A DNA stretch of 63,047 nucleotides from Octopus bimaculoides (GCF_001194135.2 NC_068982.1:136347151-136410197); one strand, 5' to 3'. Positions 1 through 12,402 are shown, counted from the stretch's first letter. The notes: generated from the sequence alone by a model not told the origin. Program-made: numbers and translations.

Positions 1-153
<153 letters not shown>

Positions 154-1009
154 TACTTTTGAAACATCATGCATAAACATTTCAAGAAAGTGAAATTACA
201 CCTGCTGCTAGTCATAAAATGTTCATCAAGGTAAATGTTTCAAGTGATTTCAGAATATAAACTTATGAATCTATATAAACAACTTGAAGGGTTGTATCCT
301 TGTATTAGCTTGCGCAGAGATGCTGGAATAGCATCATGCTATAAGTTACAATGACATATCATATAATTTTAAAATCGAAGCATTCCTTCTCAGCATATTA
401 ATAACGATGTTTTCAATATACAAAATATGGTTTCAGAGCAACAAAACGGTTATATATTATTACACTCCATCGACATTTCGTCAACATACACTTACTAAAT
501 GCACATACTGTCATACAATGAAGTATTAATGAAGATGATGCAATTTTTTAATTAAAGCTATTATACTCGTCCTGTTTTATGAGAACTCTATATGAATTAT
601 TTAGACATATTTCTAGCTTTTGTCCATTTTTTTTTCATATTTTTCCAAAATTTCTCGCTCACCGTACACTTTAAATTCTTTGTTAAGATTATCTTTACAT
701 ATATTGCATAAAAATCATAGCCAGCACTGACTTTTGTTACTGTGTTTCGTATACAAGACGTCAGGTGTAAACAATGAGATCAAAGATTAAAAATGGACAT
801 TGATTTATGAAAATGTTTAATACACTTTATAATATATCATGATTGCATAACGAAAATTCACGTACCTACAAATCATTCGTACTTTAAATCACTTTTAAAT
901 CCTACTGGTTTTATGCGAGATATTAAATTACTTTTATCTTGCATTCATGTTTAATATAGAATATACACAAGTCGAATATATTACATTAAAAACTTTGGAC
1001 ATCTTTTAG

Positions 1010-1060
1010 GGACGACAAAGCAACAAACAACTGGAATTGTAACTAGTCACGTAGGACAAG
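1010..1060 (+). CDS. Candidate 51-bp internal exon of an unidentified gene (GTTKQQTTGIVTSHVGQ)
   Basis: cttttag| acceptor and caag|gtatgt donor; phase 1-1 and open. It would splice in frame to tttttag|aaaac at 1308 (ENVDLNQG*, stop 1331-1333), with AATAAA at 1467-1472. No homology recognised. Confidence 0.25.
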
Positions 1061-2049
1061 GTATGTGAACCTGAAAATCTGAACGCACGAATAGGTTGAA
1101 AGCATGATATATAGCTTAATATGAAGTTGTTAGATAGCAGTAATATATGTAGATAACTCGTGGATAAAAAGTGGTTAACGTTTAGATAACTTGTAGGTAA
1201 CAATTACATTTGATTTTGTTTTTCTCCTCGTTTCTTGTGCACTTTATATTTTCAGAATTATTTTGTCTCTATATTAAATTTCTTAATCCTCATATACCTA
1301 TTTTTAGAAAACGTTGACCTTAATCAAGGATGATTAAGTCGTTTGGTATTTAGCATAGAGTCGGGAAAACCTAATGAGTTTTGGTTACAAACAAGCATTG
1401 ATGCAGAATTTATACCAACAGTTAGAATTGCATCTATTCACAGTTTGACAATATCCTTTTTTTTTTAATAAATAGTTAGAGATATTTCAGACGGAAATAT
1501 CAGTATATTCAAATGAATCAGTTCTGGAAGCTGACTGGCCTTTCATTCATCAATTTCAAAAGATTAAAAGGCTAGAATAAATTTGAACTCAGAGACATAA
1601 TGAAAAGAACTGTGTAGAGTAATATACTGGGTCATTGATGAATGTTTTATTGCCAAATAATTTTTTGTCGGCTGTCACTCGTAATTGTGTATGATGTGGT
1701 AGGAGAAAAATTTCGTAATTTTTCAATCGTTTGTTTTTTTCATCTCTCTCTCTCTCCCTCTCTACACACACTCACACGCACACTCGTACACACACACGTA
1801 CGCAAACACACATATAATCACACATGTATATACATATATATGTATATATATACATATGTATGCATATATGTATGCGTGTCTTGGTGCGTGTAGTGAGGAA
1901 GCTTGAACGATGTTTTTCCTCTTTCATGAGATTGCAAGCCAAAGGTACCGAGACAGCCCTAATTATAGCTATTGCACAATATTTTTAGTACTCCTGGTGT
2001 AGTGTGTCTAATTTTAGCCATTTTGTTTTATTCCTCTTGTTTCATACAC

Positions 2050-2700
2050 TTTGAATCTACAACAATTTTCACCTTCCTTTAATCTCCGCCATTCTTTGTC
2101 ACCATATTCCAGCTCAATGTAAAGCACAGCCTTAAAGATTCTAGTGTCTTTCATATTGATCAAATCTTCCATCTAGCGTATATTCGAGACGATGAAGATA
2201 GGCTCAACATCATTATATTTGCATATTGCAGGACCTCCTGGTACGAAGTTCGCCCTCCCATCTAACAGGTCATTTTATTTTCATCTATGCCGACGATACC
2301 AAGGATAGATATCAGCGGAACACAACATAGGTTTTAGTATTATTGATCGGTAGATGTTGCATTTTGTTGTAAGTTTATGGTTATGTGGTTTTCACAATCG
2401 ATCATCGAGCTTCTCGGAACCGACCACTGCGTGAATCCACTGCTGTCTTTTCAAGTCCAGGACGCAGAAATAAAGCTAATAGCATTGGAGGGAGGACACA
2501 GCCTTTATTCACTCCATGGTTCACTGTGAAGGTACTGAGCCACCGCTTAGAAGGGAGATAGTCAGATAGACAGTTGCCTGACAATCTCCACAAACTTGTC
2601 TGGCCACTACATCTATTAAGCAGGATCCATAAGCCCTCTATTCCAACACAGTCGAAAATTTAGAGAAGTTGACAAAAAGTGAAACTCTGTTTTATAACGT
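2050..2700 (-). mobile_element. Decayed RTE-clade (BovB-like) LINE, reverse transcriptase fragment
   Basis: Minus-strand ORF 2402-2593 has FTVNHGVNKGCVLPPMLLALF, matching the RT motif F.V..GV.QGCVL.P.LF. Upstream FVNFSKF resembles FVD..KAFD; downstream TRIFKAVLYIELE resembles RTE C-terminal R.PK..LYGEL. Many stops and frameshifts. Confidence 0.8.
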
Positions 2701-2847
2701 TTCGAAATTTCAGTTTGGTAAAAATCATATTGTTGGTGCAATTCGACCTTCAAATCTCACGCTGGCTTGGCTTTCAGACAGAATTCGCTTGAACAGTCTT
2801 GGCAGTCTCAATACAATACTTTTGCCTTACTTTTCCCATCGATTCCG

Positions 2848-2964
2848 CCTTTCTACAGATCACCTTTCTACAGATCACCTTTCTATAGATCACCTTTCTA
2901 CAGATCACCTTTCTACAGATGACCTTTCTACTTGTAAATGGTAACCTTTCTACTTGTCAATGGA
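2848..2964. repeat. 15-bp minisatellite (CCTTTCTACAGATCA x5, then two degenerate longer units)
   Basis: Units start at 2848, 2863, 2878, 2893, 2908, 2923 and 2945. Confidence 0.93.
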
Positions 2965-3658
2965 TCTTGAAATGTTAGAGGCGGTTCTTGAATTGTCTGT
3001 ATTTTCTGAAGAGTTAAAGCTTAAAGCGAAAGAGATTTCAATAGAAATACTCTCAGAACGAAGAGGCCTCACGAGGTTGTTCTGCCTGGTGGCAGTTGTA
3101 TCTCCTCTTATTTCGTGGTAGATCTATTTTATTATCTACCGGAATGTATGGTATAGTCCATAACTTGAGAAGAGATTGTTGAGGATTGATTAAATAGCTC
3201 AATACATGTTCCCCCAATGTCCCATGATGTTCTTATGCTCGGTGAAATGGTGTGAACCAACTTTACTCTTCACAGATGCGGTTTTACGCTTTCCGGGTGG
3301 GGTGATTCGTTTATTTTTCTCTCAGCGTTGCAATGAAATGATTAATATTATGACTGCCAACGATGACCTGAATTTCCACTGACGTTTTCTCCCGCCGCTG
3401 CTCTTTCTGATGCCGCAGTTTCATTTTTAAAATGCATTACTTATTCAGATTGATTTCTCTAGATAGCTGTGCATGTATTTTTGAATGACTCGACTCATTT
3501 CACATAATTTTCTAAGCACTCCGGGAATCATCATTGATCATTTAGAGTAACATGTGCCTCTGCGTAATTGAGGAATGTTGCGATGGTTCGCTTAATTTCA
3601 TTCACTCATGGCAGGAGCTTTCATTAAAGAGATTTGTTCCGATTTGTTTTTTATGAAA

Positions 3659-3712
3659 TTATTATTATTATTATTATTATTATTGTTATTATTATTATTA
3701 TTATCATTATTA

Positions 3713-3756
<44 letters not shown>
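3659..3756. repeat. (TTA)n microsatellite
   Basis: Directly visible. Confidence 0.97.
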
Positions 3757-3757
<1 letters not shown>

Positions 3758-4159
3758 GACATCCCACTGCCAATAGTAACCACAGTATTTATAAACGCTC
3801 ATTAATTCTATCCAATAATGGAGCCTCTACGCAAACATTAAATTTGCTAGAAATAGTAAGCACAGCTCCCTTAAGTCATACCTTAGTATTTTAAAAGATG
3901 AAAATGCAATTTCGATAATGGAGTTCGAGACAAAGGGTCCAAGTTAAATAAGAAATGGTAAGGATGGAACATGCCACTCATCATAGATCACTTTTATCAT
4001 GTTTTATCAGCAACTTCAATATAAGAGGCTCATTAATCCAAATTGGAATTTCATATCGAAAATAATACATTCATAAATAATAATATATTNNNNNNNNNNN
4101 NNNNNNNNNNNNNNNNNNNNNNNNNNNNNNNNNNATATATATATATATATATATATATA

Positions 4160-4600
4160 GCTAGTACTATGGAGGATATTTGTCCCCAGTCGCCTGTTCT
4201 ATTACATTCACTTGTGGTCATCTCACAGAGTCAAACTGATAGTGGAACTTGAAGCAGTTGAGCAGTGCTACACCAGAAAGATTACCTCAGTAGAACAGCT
4301 GAGTTACAGGGAGTTACTGAGAGCAGTACAACTCTACTCTCTAAAGCAAATATAAGAAATATGTGCGGTGATAAAATACATATGGAAACTTCTAGAGGGA
4401 TTGATATCAATTTTTTATACCAGCCCCCAAACTGGACGACACTGCACTATTTCAAAGGTCCGACCTATGCTGTCTCTAGTTAGGATCATGTATGAGGATT
4501 CAAAGGCTCACAGCTACTTTGTCAAAACATCCGAGAGATCTACATGGAGTGGGAGTAGATTTTCTCATGAAACAAATTGGCCTCCTGCTCTCTAAAATGA
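4160..4600 (+). mobile_element. CR1/L2-group LINE, 3' part of ORF2 (decayed)
   Basis: Conceptual translation across frameshifts: LIVELEAVEQCYTRKITSVEQLSY...QLYSL...IKYIWKLLEGL...PQTGRHC...FKGSQL, typical of the post-RT region of CR1-like elements. Confidence 0.82.
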
Positions 4601-4621
4601 ACCTGAAGCAATATTGAACTC

Positions 4622-4775
4622 AATACCTCACCGAAAACCAATCACAAAAGCGCTCTGGAAGGTTTCGATGTTAATCTTCTACTGGAGGATCTAGATACCA
4701 TATATAAATGGGCTGAAGAAAACAATATGCAATTAATGCAGGAAAATTCCCAGCCTTCCTCTATCAGCCGTCTTA
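4622..4775 (+). mobile_element. CR1-type RT core fragment
   Basis: LLEDLDTIYKWAEENNMQL, the motif that follows YADD in CR1/L2/Jockey RTs. Confidence 0.75.
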
Positions 4776-5700
4776 CGCTAACATGCTGCAGCAAAAATAG
4801 AGAAACCTCCCTCTAATTCACTAAATTATAATCACAAAAGAATGGCCATTGAAATGCTAATAATACAAGCATCGTCACATCCTTCGAGCTGAAAGAATAA
4901 AAGAGTACTTCCCTAATATCATTAATTCTATAACAGCGAAACGATTCATTTGACCGATATTGTCTATAAATTGCTATATTCTTTAATGCTAACCCGAGCA
5001 GTATTTTTCATGACCAAAACATGACACATGTAATTCACTGACGATAAATAAGCAATACGTTATTAAGAAACAGTATAGAATATATAAATATATATTTATA
5101 TAAGTATAGCATAGAATAACGAGAGGTCGTTACCATTGCTTTGTTATTATGGTAAGAAATCAACTATTGTGTTTTCACCAATTATAATATGTCTGTCAGA
5201 TTCATTTTCACAATACCAGACAATACGTAATGATTAGCAAAAATCTTTGTTTTGTCAGCCATTAGATATATTGTGTCGACTAATACATGTATCAAATCTT
5301 CAACAGTAGTGGGAGACTTACTTCAATAATAGAAGCCTGCTGTCAGAGAAATTATTCATAAAGCAGGAGCATCAGACGCAAAGAATTCCAGACAAACAAG
5401 ACGAGACGTAGAAACAGTAATAGAGAAATAGAAAAAATATAAACGGACAAGGTGTTAATAGAAAGAAGTTGATGTATTTTATGAGAAAAATTGCAGGACA
5501 TTTTGACGACGAATACGCGATAAGGGATATAGAGATAAATACAATTACAGATAGAGTATATTTGAAAAACCCAAGGAAGCAGGTTAGAAATATAGGTCAG
5601 TTTTAGCCTCTAGTGATACCTTTAAAAATGAAAATATTTAACAAATTTTAATAAATATATATCAAAACGAATCCAATAGGTTTCTCTCTCACTCTCTCTT

Positions 5701-5738
<38 letters not shown>

Positions 5739-5762
5739 TAAATACATACACACACACATATA

Positions 5763-5802
<40 letters not shown>

Positions 5803-6458
5803 NNNNNNNNNNNNNNNNNNNNNNNNNNNNNNNNNNNNNNNNNNNNNNNNNNNNNNNNNNNNNNNNNNNNNNNNNNNNNNNNNNNNNNNNNNNNNNNNNN
5901 NNNNNNNNNNNNNNNNNNNNNNNNNNNNNNNNNNNNNNNNNNNNNNNNNNNNNNNNNNNNNNNNNNNNNNNNNNNNNNNNNNNNNNNNNNNNNNNNNNNN
6001 NNNNNNNNNNNNNNNNNNNNNNNNNNNNNNNNNNNNNNNNNNNNNNNNNNNNNNNNNNNNNNNNNNNNNNNNNNNNNNNNNNNNNNNNNNNNNNNNNNNN
6101 NNNNNNNNNNNNNNNNNNNNNNNNNNNNNNNNNNNNNNNNNNNNNNNNNNNNNNNNNNNNNNNNNNNNNNNNNNNNNNNNNNNNNNNNNNNNNNNNNNNN
6201 NNNNNNNNNNNNNNNNNNNNNNNNNNNNNNNNNNNNNNNNNNNNNNNNNNNNNNNNNNNNNNNNNNNNNNNNNNNNNNNNNNNNNNNNNNNNNNNNNNNN
6301 NNNNNNNNNNNNNNNNNNNNNNNNNNNNNNNNNNNNNNNNNNNNNNNNNNNNNNNNNNNNNNNNNNNNNNNNNNNNNNNNNNNNNNNNNNNNNNNNNNNN
6401 NNNNNNNNNNNNNNNNNNNNNNNNNNNNNNNNNGTGTGTGTGTGTGTGTGTGTGTGTG

Positions 6459-7716
6459 CAAGGGTTGGACCAAAAATGGAAACACCTAAAAATTTCAAAC
6501 AAATTTATTTTAATATGGGGTAGGACCGCCTTTGTCAGTAATTACTGATTGAATTCTACAAGGTGTGGACTCGTACAAAGTTTAAATTATTTCCAAAGAA
6601 ATTTGTGCCCATTCTTCAGCTAATACAGTCTCCAGTTCTTGTAGTGTTGATGGCGGAGAATATCGACTGCTTACTTGTTTTTCTAAAATGGACCATTAAT
6701 GTTCAATAATATTGAGATCTGGGGACTGTGGTGGCCAGATAAGATGTTCAATTTCACTATAATGTTTCTCGTGCCATTAAGTAATAACTTTAGCTGTGTG
6801 AATTGGTGCATTATCATCCTGAAAAATTGCGTTTCCCTCCGGAAACAGTTCCGGATGAAATTGATTAGATAAATAGGATGAATTTGATCAGATAAAATGC
6901 TAAAATAGTCTTTACTATTAATTCTGCTATGAAGGGAAACCATTGGGCCTGCGGATTTTCAAGATATAGACCCCCGGATCATCACAGATCCTATTCCATG
7001 ATTAACAGTTGGAAGAAGACAGTCTGGGGCAAATGCTTCTTTTGGCTGTCTCCACATGTATACTCGGCAGGTGTTAAAGGATGACTCGTCCGAGAAAATA
7101 ACATTCTTGTACTGCCCTACGGACCAATTCTGTAGGTTTTTACTCCACTCTAAATGTTTTGCAAAGTTTGCTTTTGAAACTAGTGGTTTTCTGATTGTAG
7201 CACTTCCGTGAAATCCGGCTTTCTGCAACACCTGGCGAATAGTTTTTGTTCAAACCGGGTTCTTTAGGTGGTCATTAAGCTCAGCAGTAATTTTGGGCGC
7301 TATACTTTTGTTATCCTTTCTAACAATTCATATAAGAGTCTGACGGTCACTACTAAAAGTTTTGGTTTTCTTCCGGAGTTTTGTTTCGACAAGGTTATCC
7401 CCTCTTTCTCAAAAGCTGTCGTTACTTTCAAGACAGTACTTCTTGATACACCAAATATTTTGGCTGTTTTCGCTACGCTAGCACCTACCATGCGGGCACC
7501 AAAAACTTGACCTTTTTGAAAATCCTATACATCTGTCATTTTAATGAATTTTCATTAACTTCTGATGATATCTGAAAAGAAATAGCAATTTTAGCAAAAC
7601 ATAATAAGTAACACTAATAATAAATCGAAAAACATAAAAATAACAAGTTTGTGATGGTTTTATAGATATATAAAATCTATGATGCTAGGTGTTTCCGTTA
7701 TTTTGTCCAACCCCTG
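6459..7716 (-). mobile_element. Near full-length Tc1 (DD34E-type) DNA transposon
   Basis: Inverted termini caagggttggaccaaaaatggaaacaccta (6459-6488) and the reverse complement of caggggttggacaaaataacggaaacaccta (to 7716), with TA at 7717-18. A transposase lies between them. Confidence 0.93.
6510..7539 (-). pseudogene. Tc1 transposase pseudogene
   Basis: MTDV*DFQKGQVFGARMVGASVAKTAKIFGVSRSTV (paired-like HTH), GRKPK, VIFSDESSF (first D), PDCLLPTVNHGIGSVMI, PQSPDLNIIEH-type motif, ending KGGPTPY*. Interrupted by stops and frameshifts. Confidence 0.92.
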
Positions 7717-8035
7717 TATATATATATGTGTGTTTGTGAGTATAAATACCTCTTTGAGGGCATTATAATAGCGGTTTTACAGTATAGAATGGTGATAAAC
7801 TATAACATCGGACCTTTCCATAAGAATACTTGGAGTAGTTTACTAATCTAAACTATATTATTAGCCTGATGTGCGAACAGAGAGCTTGTGAAGTATTTTG
7901 CCCGAAATGCTAATCTCTTAACAACAACTGTATATGTATATATAAAATTAGTGCTATCTTAGAAAACTATATCTCACAAAATGACGATTTGATAAATTAA
8001 ACAAATGTTAGAAGCTGATATTTAAAAACATCGTT

Positions 8036-8390
8036 TATGAATAATTCAGATGAATAATGTTTGTGTGTCTTAGACGTTGCATATGCCAAGATAGAAGATC
8101 GAGGTACATCATTTATAATTAAAGGACACAAATAATACCCCAGAAGATTATTTAACGTTAAAATTGTCCGAAATTCTAAAATATTCTTAATTTAATTAAT
8201 ATTTACATACTTCTTAAATTATGAATAATTCAGATAGATAATGTTTAATTGCGTGTTTTTAACGCTGCTTATACGAGTTAAAATATTTAGGTACGGTATT
8301 TTTAATTAAAGATAAAATTATTTTACTTCAGAAAATTTATCTTAAGTTAAAACTAACCGACATTATAAAATATATTTAATATAATATCTT
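8036..8390. repeat. Degenerate tandem repeat, ~184-bp period, ~2 copies
   Basis: tatgaataattcagat recurs at 8036 and 8220, and colinear sub-motifs follow (aggtac, aattaaag, cagaa, cttaa/ttaaaa). Confidence 0.6.
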
Positions 8391-10312
8391 TTAAAAAGTG
8401 ATTGTAAGTCATATATAGTCTATATATATATATACAGAAAATAATCATAGTTAAAGCTCTAAGATTCTAGTTGAATTACATGACTTATAATTTCAATAGT
8501 TTTACTACGTATTCACTGAAGTCTCGAGATATTCGAGCCAATTATTCCCAGTAGCACTAGACTGGTACAGAAGTGTGTTTCTAATAATGTAGCTATTTAA
8601 GCTATTGGCCAAGTTAACATGTGTAATGCAGAAAGTGTAAGAAGAAACATCGGAAGAAACGTCATTATCCAATGAACGAAAATAATATTAGTTATTGGCG
8701 AATACTTTATTTATGAAGGCAACCACAGAAGACAGCCTCGGAGATATTTCGGTGCTATTGCAACTTCATCAGTGATGTAGTGATAGGATAGGGATGTAAG
8801 AGCAGACAAGTATAACTATATATTGAACGGTAATTGTAACCGTATCGAGCATTGAAAAGGTAAACGTTATGAAGGGATCGGAATGATGCTTATATTCTAG
8901 AGATCTTGTATCAATCCATGGAAAAACTGGAATCCGACAATTAAAACTCAACAAAAGATTTGTCAGTTTATCGTATATGTTACCGCTTTTAATAGGGGTA
9001 ACTATAAGAGGGGAAAGTATTCATCAGGTGTTTTCCCTTGCACTAGGTTCTCAACTGTGAATCATAAGGGTGACGTTGCTATATAATAAGTCGTATCTTT
9101 AAAATTAAAGCCTGGTGGAGCCCAACCATTTCTAGATATTTTCATAACCGATCCGGAGGGAAGAGCGAGAACGAAATAATGTAAGAAAGGAAGAGAACCG
9201 GAAGTAATATCACGAGGTATTTTATTTTGCGAAACGGAAGTAATACCGCAAGGTATTTTATTTTGTACTCTATTATCAAGTTTTCGCTTTATATTCATCT
9301 TGTTGGAATTACGTGCAAATAAGTGACAGATAGATAAAGAACCGAGTTTTCGACTATTTGAAGATTAACTTTTAACTCAGTCATGAGTACTCTTTTGCAT
9401 AATATACATGTTGCGAAATGTTCTCTGTGCACAAATACATGTGTACTAAAGTAAAATTACAAGGAATGACGGAAGAAAAAAAAATCTGGAAACAATGCCA
9501 AAATGATTTTGAGCAATGTGTTGGAAAAAGGCAAATAGAAGCAAAATATTGAATACTCTGTGGGGTTAGGTTGTTAATCTAGTACATCGCTCTATGTGAA
9601 GCAGAGTGCGATTCACCTGAACCACAGGGGGTGTTGTTTCTTAAGAAACCATTCTTACAACCTTCCAAGTTACAGATAACAGTCTCGCAGCGTGCAACCC
9701 TTGAGCACCTCTAATATTCAGTAACACCTCTACTAAACTGGAAGTATGCTTAGATTATTTTTTTAAAGAGCTGGAGAGAAAGAACGGGTCCCAAAATTGT
9801 GATTAACTCCTCAGAAAGTTACTCTGTACGTTGCCCTGTTATTTTATAGGTTTATATCATTTTATTCTTCAATTGTGCGCGACTCATCGAAAAAGAGGTT
9901 TTGAGAGGCCAAATCTAAAAGAATTGAATTCTAGTTATCTTTCTCGCAGGTTTCAACGCAGAGATTAAACATAAAACATGAGCCATGATTTTATTTTCTC
10001 CTACATTAAATCAATCATTCCAGAAGCAATAAAACAGCATTGTAAACTGGGGTCAATATTCTCCTGTACATCAACGTTGATAGAGTCCAATATTCCATTA
10101 ATTCTCACCATCCCAACTTCCTTGCAAATCACAAGTAAATCAAGGTGTTTCGGTTTGCTAATTCTGTCTCCTAGAAATAGCAGAAGATTTTCAATTGAGG
10201 ACAAGCGTCTTTACAAAAAGAACGATACGATGTTCTAGATGCATTATACGCGATAAAAGAAAACTTGACAGATTTAGTTGGGGTCCTTTTTATCTGATAT
10301 CTATTCAGTTCT

Positions 10313-10699
10313 TGGAGTTGCAATGACCTAGTCATTAGGGCAGCGGACTCGCGGTCATAGGATCGCGGTTTCGATTCCCAGATCAGGCGTTGTGAGTGTT
10401 TATTGAGTGAAAACAACTAAAAGCTCCACGAGGCTCCGGCAGTGGATGGTGGCGAACCTTGCTGTACTCTTTCACCACAACTTTCTCTCACTCTTACTTC
10501 CTGTTTCTGTTGTGCCTGTAATTCAAAGGGCCGGCCTTGTTACACTGTGTGACGCTGAATATCCCCTAGAACTACGTTAAGGGTACACGTGTCTGCGGAG
10601 TGCTCAGCCACTTGCACGTTAATTTCACGAGCAGGCTGTTCCGTTGATCGGATGAACTGGAACCCTCGATGTCGTAAGCGAAGGAGTGCCAACAACAAC
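10313..10699 (+). mobile_element. tRNA-derived SINE, group C, full length
   Basis: tRNA-like head with A-box-like (tgacctagtcattagg) and B-box-like (ggtttcgattccc) motifs, and a (CAA)n-like tail. The head matches the minus copy at 33941-34087 and the tail matches 35138-35320. Confidence 0.88.
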
Positions 10700-12366
10700 T
10701 CAGTTCTTATAACAAGACTAAAAAGAAATATAACGTATTACTTTCTGGAAGAGTGAATACAGAAATCACTTCAGATATATTTCCCCTTAAACATAAGAAC
10801 CTTTAATTTCACTACAACTTTACAGACATAATTAACAAAGACCTCTAATTAATCTATTCCCCTCAACACCATATTTCCTAAGTTTATTTACTTTTGATAC
10901 TGTTTACCATGTTCTTTCAGCCACGAAATATTATTCGGCTTGGTCCCTTATTAGATTGGTGTAATGGTGGAGATGAGGGAGCTTATCGTTTTGAAATCAT
11001 TATACTGGCTGATGTCAACTAGTTCTTAGCCGAAAGGTCTTAGACAAAACTATCCTCTATTGCTTTAAACGATCCTATTTTTTCTAGTTTAAATAGATTA
11101 CAGTTTGCAGAAAGCAGGTTACTGCATCCATTCTCAACGGAGACGGCTTTGCAATTCATCAATAATATTCTACTGAATATGTATCTCAGCATGTGTCACA
11201 CAAATTCCATAGAACTACGTAGAGTTATTGCTACATGCATACATATTCTAGACGACATTTAAAATAAAATGTAATCATTTGTTATTAACGGATTACCAGC
11301 ACGGTTCAACTATTGCGTTTAAAGGCATACTGTTTTTTTACCCGTCTTCTTGATTCGCAACTTTAACAACCTCATCTACTTCGGTTACAAATACTCTGCA
11401 TTCTCTGCATTCTCCATCCACCTTAGACTGCCGTCTATGTTTCTTCCTCTTTTTGGTGTTGTCTTTTGTCATTTCTGCTATCTCTCACTACTCACTAGAC
11501 TCGAAACGGTACAGTTTCTATCATTCTTTCGAAAACTGGCAATCATCAAAAACTTCCATACGATCTATGGTGTTGTTGTTGTTGTAGTTCTTGTTGATTA
11601 CCATTACCTCTGGTGTTATCAGTCAAATGTAGCACAAAGTCGAATGAGTCCCATAATGAATTTGAACAAGATACGCCGTGCCTCAGCCCATTTGAAGCAT
11701 TTCGATAGCCAATATAATGAGACTCAACACCTTGTTTGCTTTTTTTTTTGTTCTTTTCATTTTGTATGAAAGTCAATTATCCATCAAACTCCTCTTGTCT
11801 GTAGAGAATTACACAATGACTAATAAAGTTTTAAATACAATATGACCTATTAATGTTTTCCTCCTGCGTCGAGGAATAAAAGACTAAGATTGAGAGTCAA
11901 CAACGCCGAAATATATAAAGTGGGACCAACCACGTTTGAAGAAACATACTTCGTCTACAACTAATTTTAATAAATGAAATATGAGCTTAAACAGTTACTG
12001 TTGTACGCTGTTCTCTGTACACTCTTTCAAATATTCAGTAATTTATATCTCAGATGTATGAACTCACATAGCCATGTTTCACTTTAGGTCATAGTGGCAA
12101 GGAACAAATCAATATCGTACTCCAACAAAACATTCAAATAATCAATGTTTATATAAACTCAGTCAACTATGACGATACATCTCAAAGTCATAATATATCA
12201 TTCGTAGCCGAAACTGGACACTTTTACTTTCTTCATCCAAAGCGAAATTATTCCACTGCTATAAACATATCACAAGTGGATTAGATTGTTAACGCAGACA
12301 ATCATTAATTCTCTAGAATATTATTCTTTACTTATCATAATTACAGTAAAACGACTGATTTCTCAG

Positions 12367-12402
<36 letters not shown>

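Noticed and set aside
2848-2964. Short direct-repeat array as a CRISPR
   Set aside because: No unique spacers, the units are contiguous, there are no cas genes, and the context is eukaryotic.
2965-3440. Continuation of the RTE element upstream of the minisatellite
   Set aside because: Composition is suggestive, but I could not read a convincing RT or endonuclease motif.
5622-6523. Long ORFs spanning N-gaps (also 12286-13476, 15319-15984, 20386-20954, 36565-37647, 51713-52258, 53100-54427, 61238-61888)
   Set aside because: They are open only because N codons and (AT)n/(CA)n/(GA)n tracts contain no stops.
10313-10390. tRNA gene-like sequence (also heads at 34010-34087, 36022-36105, 41933-42005)
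   Set aside because: A/B-box-like motifs are present but the cloverleaf is imperfect and each continues into a SINE body.
11546-11776. 76-aa minus ORF with a poly-Q stretch
   Set aside because: Starts at a non-ATG codon, Q-run comes from a (CAA)n microsatellite, and the nearby strong acceptor leads to stops in all frames.
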